Shown: positions 58,797 through 64,000 of the stretch, piece after piece
Position numbering within the stretch: the first letter of the stretch is position 1
Layout of the letters: every line of letters begins with the position of its first letter
Assembly (NCBI GenBank): GCA_012295275.1
Contig: CM022674.1
Span: forward strand, 13,392,001-13,456,000
Source: Chrysomallon squamiferum
Lineage: Eukaryota > Animalia > Mollusca
Direction: 5' to 3'
DNA: 64,000 bases
Notes under the pieces: model-generated
The model's input: the letters and a program-made list of their open reading frames with translations, nothing else
Told to the model about the DNA's origin: nothing
Database searches by the model: none
Position numbers and translations under genes: made by a program

Positions 58797-58936
58797 ACAA
58801 AATACACCATAAATACTGTACAAAGTGGGGGTAAAAATGTCTTAAAAATAGTAAACTTTTACTTACTTTCTTCCGTGAGTTGGAGGCGCTCTGTTGTTTT
58901 GTCATCGACGGATTCATTGTCCTGTTTGTCTGCCAT
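51376..58936 (-). CDS. TMEM163: Transmembrane protein 163-like zinc transporter (cation diffusion facilitator family), 247 aa
   Basis: complement(join(51376..51433,52164..52305,52777..52888,53591..53687,54035..54129,54711..54754,55443..55568,58867..58936)); all GT-AG and phase-compatible. Contains RKYAIAVSWLSVV, FGYGLDALLDSMSSAVVIWRF, KERMACIIVAILF, LKVYLGYELESRVLLTD, LWVLDPVFG and GMKLIIDMV, matching TMEM163 segments; six hydrophobic stretches. Confidence 0.9.
52910..53403. repeat. Minisatellite with ~122-bp higher-order unit (two alternating ~61-bp subunits), about 4 units
   Basis: caccatcagttt...gggatgtctc..acgtaaatattacgattc alternates with caccgtaagtttaaattatttaacaaaaggatgttcgctatg; unit starts near 52910, 53040, 53162 and 53284. 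Confidence 0.85.
55782..56301. repeat. 32-bp minisatellite (AGGCTAAGAACCATTGCATGAGGGCAAGAACC), 16 units
   Basis: Head-to-tail units without spacers, with three variable positions; lies in a TMEM163 intron. Confidence 0.93.
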
Positions 58937-60053
58937 TGCAATGCTGAAATCTGTTCATCCATGAATTCCGAATATTTCAAACATTTCACTGATTCCTCAC
59001 AACATGCTCGTTACATGACTCGTCTCTTTGATTTAAGTAAAAAATAAAAAATAAATAAATAAAAAAATAAAAATAAAAATAATGTTAAAAAAATAATAAT
59101 ATGAAAAACGTCTATTTAGAAAAATCGTCTTTTTTTTTTTCTTTTTCCTCACAAATTTCGTTGCTGCTGAATTTCGTTAGTTCTTACCTGAAATAATAAT
59201 AATAGTAATGATAATAATAACAACAACAACAACAACAACAACAACAATAATAATAATAATAATAATAAAGGTGCAATCAAATTTTTCAGATTATCACTGA
59301 ACACATCTATCGTAACAATGATACAACTGTAAACCGTAACAAAGATACAACAATAAACAGTAAAAGTGATACAACAATATACCGTAACAATTTTCCAACA
59401 GTATACCTTAACACAATCCCACACAGTATCAATAATGCCGTTTATACTGAACAAAAAATGTCGCATAACACATATACAGTGTTATATGATTATAGTAACA
59501 ATCATAACATAAAATACTTCATCAGTAATAGCACGTACCACACTACTTTACAGACGCAAAATATTATTTTATACTCGCTCTATTATACCGTATTACAATT
59601 TATCTGGTCTCAGATTATTCGGCGTCTAAACGATATAATATTTCAGTATAAATAAATTTAAAAAATCTGAAACTACAACAACAATAATAAACATGAGCGA
59701 AAGACACTGACGGTTCAGAAAGCGAGGGTTCTGTTTCGTCGAAAACAGATATTAATTTCGTTTATGCATTTCACTGCATTCGTTATTAAATTAAAAACAA
59801 AGGACAAAGAAAACGTATCTGCCGTATACAATCGGCCATCTGGTGCCGTTGCCAATGGTTACTTATTAAACAAATATTAGTAATAAATAATCTGTACCTA
59901 TGAATTGGGTAATTAGTTTTTATTACGGTAAGGTAATAAAGACAAGAATAATAAAGGACACAGCTGTTTCAAACCCGTTCTAAACGTATTGATATCTCAG
60001 ATAAACGTTTCATTAATTCGTTAGAATACGCACACACCCACCACAAACACGCA

Positions 60054-60099
<46 letters not shown>

Positions 60100-61295
60100 G
60101 ACAGATGGAATTGGGAGCAGTCTATGCAAGTAGAATGTTCTAGATTACCGTAATTATGTTTAAAATGTACCTTTTGTGACAAGATTAAAGCGTCCTAAAA
60201 TATATTTTGCGAACTTGCAGTTTCATGGTTTATTAGAGTCAATCTTTGTTAATAATAAAGTATAATATTCAAATAACATTTTCAATTTTATCCACTTACG
60301 AGTTCGTGAAAAGAGATGTGCAAAAATGCCTTTCAGACTGAGGAAACGAAAAGCTTCTTTTTTTTTTTTTTTTAAATACTCTGTGGTCGTTGGATCAATC
60401 CCTTTATTCAACTATTTTCTCATTCCAGTCAGTGCTGAACAACTCTGGTAACAAACACATTGGTATTTACTGTCCTGTCTATGAGACAGTTCAATAAAAG
60501 ATCCCTTATTGCTAACTGGAAAGAACAGCTTTCTCTCTCTTCATTAAACAACCATTTCTATTCTTCCTTAAATTGTTCAGCATCGGCTACGCAATTTAGA
60601 TTAATACATTATTTAAAACAGTTTTCGTCTGATGTAGCGATGTGTTTTACCAACTTCTAGTGAAAGAAGAAGAAGAAGAAGAAGAAGAAGAAGAAGAAGA
60701 AAAAGAAGAAGAAATGATACTGAATGAGGTAAAAAAAAAAAAATGATTTTCCACCAGCCAAAGGGTATAAAACACTAATTATGTGATAAAGTTGTAAATA
60801 AACATTTGGTTTTCACTTGTTTCGGGAATGAGACAGTTTTTTTACGTTAATTTCTACAAAATATCTTATGTATTTATTTACTAAAACGCGATAAAATAAA
60901 ACTTTTTAACCTGAAATAATTTTATACTGACGTAGAAAACCACAAAAAAAAAATGTTTTAAAACGTGCTTTATCATTATTCGTGTTTTAAAAACTGGTGT
61001 TATCGAATATTAAAATACAGCTTTAATCTTTTGTTCATGATTCAATAAGAAAATTTTAAAAACTATCCAGCCACACACATATATTTTATCAGGTCTAGAA
61101 AATAAAACTTTTATCCACAAAATGTAAACAGCAATTAATTTTGAATCTGTTTCAAGATAGGTTGACATTATGATAATAACTCATACAGAAACAACAACAA
61201 TAATAACAACAACAACAATAATAATAATAATGATAATAATAATCTTTATTTTTATTTATTTTTTATTCTATTTTATTCTTTTAAATTATTATTAT

Positions 61296-61331
<36 letters not shown>

Positions 61332-61518
61332 CCGATAACAAAATAAATGAAATAATTATAATAAAAACAAATCAAGAAATAAAAAAGTTACATCTGTCAG
61401 GAATTTGAAAATCCATAATCGTGATATAATTATGCCACAAATTTTTTGTTATTATTTTATTTATTTACTTACTTACTTATTTTATTTTAATTGATTTTAT
61501 TCTTATTTATATTACATT

Positions 61519-61557
<39 letters not shown>

Positions 61558-62406
61558 CAAAGCTATCGCAGCGTCTGCTTAATATCAAGTCCTACATAAT
61601 AATAATTAATAGTAATCGTGATAATTTGATAATAAATTGTACAATACCTGTAAAACCTTTACAAATGAAATCAAACATCCCACGCGTTCTGTCTATTCAT
61701 GTCTAACAAATGCTCGGTTTGCTTTCAGATTATAATTCTTTCAAATCTGGAGTCCTTTCGAATCTTGTACGTTAGTGTTGTCGTTCGTACATCGGCCCAT
61801 TAATGGTGCGCATACTGTTGGAGGAAAATACTCGCAAACGTGGCTCTCGCTATCAGTCTGACATGAATTTAAACATCGATGAAATTTACCCCACCTGTTG
61901 CCTTTAAACATGAATATATTCAAAGTAATGAATTTTTAATAAATGTACTACGGCTATTTAGAATTTGTCGTGGTCGTAATCTACCATTAGTCCGTGTATG
62001 TGGGGATGTGATATATATATATATATCCAAAAATATACACTGCACTGTAATTTGTAAATTCAAGATGGCCACATTAAAATTTGCTAAAAAAAAACACACA
62101 CACACAAAAAATAACGAAGCCGACTCTATCATTATGAATTAGTATGGCTCAGGGTTATGGTCATATTTATTTTGTTGGTTGGTTGAATTTTATTTATTTT
62201 TTATTTTTATTTTTTTTAAACTGGATTTTTCCAGAACAATTAGGTTTCTGTATCGATTACTAAACCTCTAATTCTGAGTGCATTGGAAATCGAATCCTCA
62301 AAATATTACACAAATACATTTTTCATATTAACAAAATAAAACCAGTTCTTTCTTTTCTTTTTTTTTTTTTTTTTTTTTTTTTTTCCTTTTTTATCTTTTT
62401 TTTTTT

Positions 62407-62437
<31 letters not shown>

Positions 62438-63759
62438 TTTGACTTCAAAGGCATACATAAATACTGAATCCAAGGTTAAGATTTTCATATTTGATTTTCC
62501 CAGCAGATTTTTATTAATTCATGCACATATGACAACTAACGCTTTGCATGATGGGACCATTACAAGACATATCCACCAATGGGAATGAAGGTCATTATTT
62601 TACTCTGCAGCTAAATAATTATAGTTCTTGAAATATTCAGATTCAACTGCGATCAAAACCTTAAGTGAATAATTCTGGCGAAAATTTGTCTTTTCATCAG
62701 AATGCAATCTTCTGGGTTGAAATGTTTTGAGCAAAGAAACGATACAGATCCGAAACTGAACGCTGAGCAGAGTTGCAGGCAAACTGGATGTAACAGACTC
62801 CATGAAGCATGGAAGGGTCGTTTGGTTGTGTCTACTTTCCAAAGGACATAAAGGTACCAAATAAATCAGTCTTTAAATATAATAAAATAAAAGTTTCTTG
62901 TTTTAGCCAGCATATTCATATAAGACGTTTGTTATTCTTTTTAACCGATTAGAACCAATGAATATTTTGTGTGTATTTTGCAAAAGACGTTAACGAACAA
63001 AATAAATCACTCTTGAAAATATTACGATATTTTAAAAATCATCTTTTAACCAGTTTATTTATGTTCCACATTTTGGATTATTTCAACCAGTTTTCAGCTT
63101 GGGACCTTTAATAACAACTGTAAGTAAGTGTTTAAAATGTAATATTAAATACAATAAAATAAAAGCTTCGTTTTAGCCACTATGTGATGGCTTAGTTTAA
63201 GCAGTCTTTTGCAAAAACAAAAATAAACAGAGTGCGTTATATAATAGTAACAACAACAACATCATCAACAACAACAACAACAACAATAATAATTCGTTCA
63301 GCTAGGCAACCAAAAAAAAAAAAATGTTGTTCATTTCAGCAGAGAGAAACAAAAAATTATAAAACAGTGGTCGAAATTAAATACAGGGTGGCTCTAAAGG
63401 GGAATAAGTCTAACAGAAATTAAGGTTTCAAACGCGTAAACTGATGAGTAAAAAGAACAGGAGGCCCCAAATGGGTGCACTGTTTAGCTAGTTTCTAAAT
63501 CCTGTCGTACACGATAGGTTCGTGCGCCTCTCTGTAATTACGTTTCACGGAAGTTACGTACGTAATGATGAGATTAAAAGGCAGATAAATAATTAAGAGT
63601 TCGCTGCTTACCTGCTGATGTCTATTGTCGGCGACACTCGTGAAAATAAATAAAATATTTTCTCTGATCGATTTTATATTGACGTCTGCCTCAGCTGCCG
63701 TTGTTTACGTTTGGTTTCTGCATTTTATTTTTATTTATTTTTATTATTTTTATTATTTT

Positions 63760-63797
<38 letters not shown>

Positions 63798-64000
63798 TGA
63801 ATACATGTACAGAGACTAACCAGTTTACATGCATAATTGATCGATGTATTCTAGATATTTTTTACATATTCACTTTCTTTAATAGTTAGTTTTATCATTT
63901 ATAAATTCAATATAATTGTTACATTCTTAATATTAGTCTCAACAACAACAACAACAACAACAACAACAGCAACGGTTATTACTGTTGTTACTGCGGTTGT

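Overview
Very AT-rich, microsatellite-dense eukaryotic (animal) genomic DNA; an invertebrate origin, probably a mollusc, is an inference. Most ORF-track entries are simple-repeat artefacts, so gene models were built by hand from splice sites and reading-frame phase. (1) 1-17.8 kb: a cluster of six near-identical 3-exon genes for small secreted Gly/His/Tyr-rich structural-type proteins. Two are on the minus strand (the first truncated by the window edge) and four on the plus strand, in ~3.2-3.6 kb duplication units with an almost invariant ~150-bp promoter. (2) 21.0-46.4 kb (-): an 8-exon, 324-aa adipolin/erythroferrone (C1QTNF12/ERFE, FAM132 family) homologue with a probable GC-AG intron. Its 17-kb first intron holds an orphan antisense copy of the Gly-rich-gene promoter plus exon 1, a ~490-bp-arm inverted repeat and several GC-richer non-coding islands. 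(3) 51.4-58.9 kb (-): an 8-exon, 247-aa TMEM163-like (CDF-family) zinc transporter with two intronic minisatellites. No rRNA, intact tRNA, CRISPR array or coding transposon was seen.
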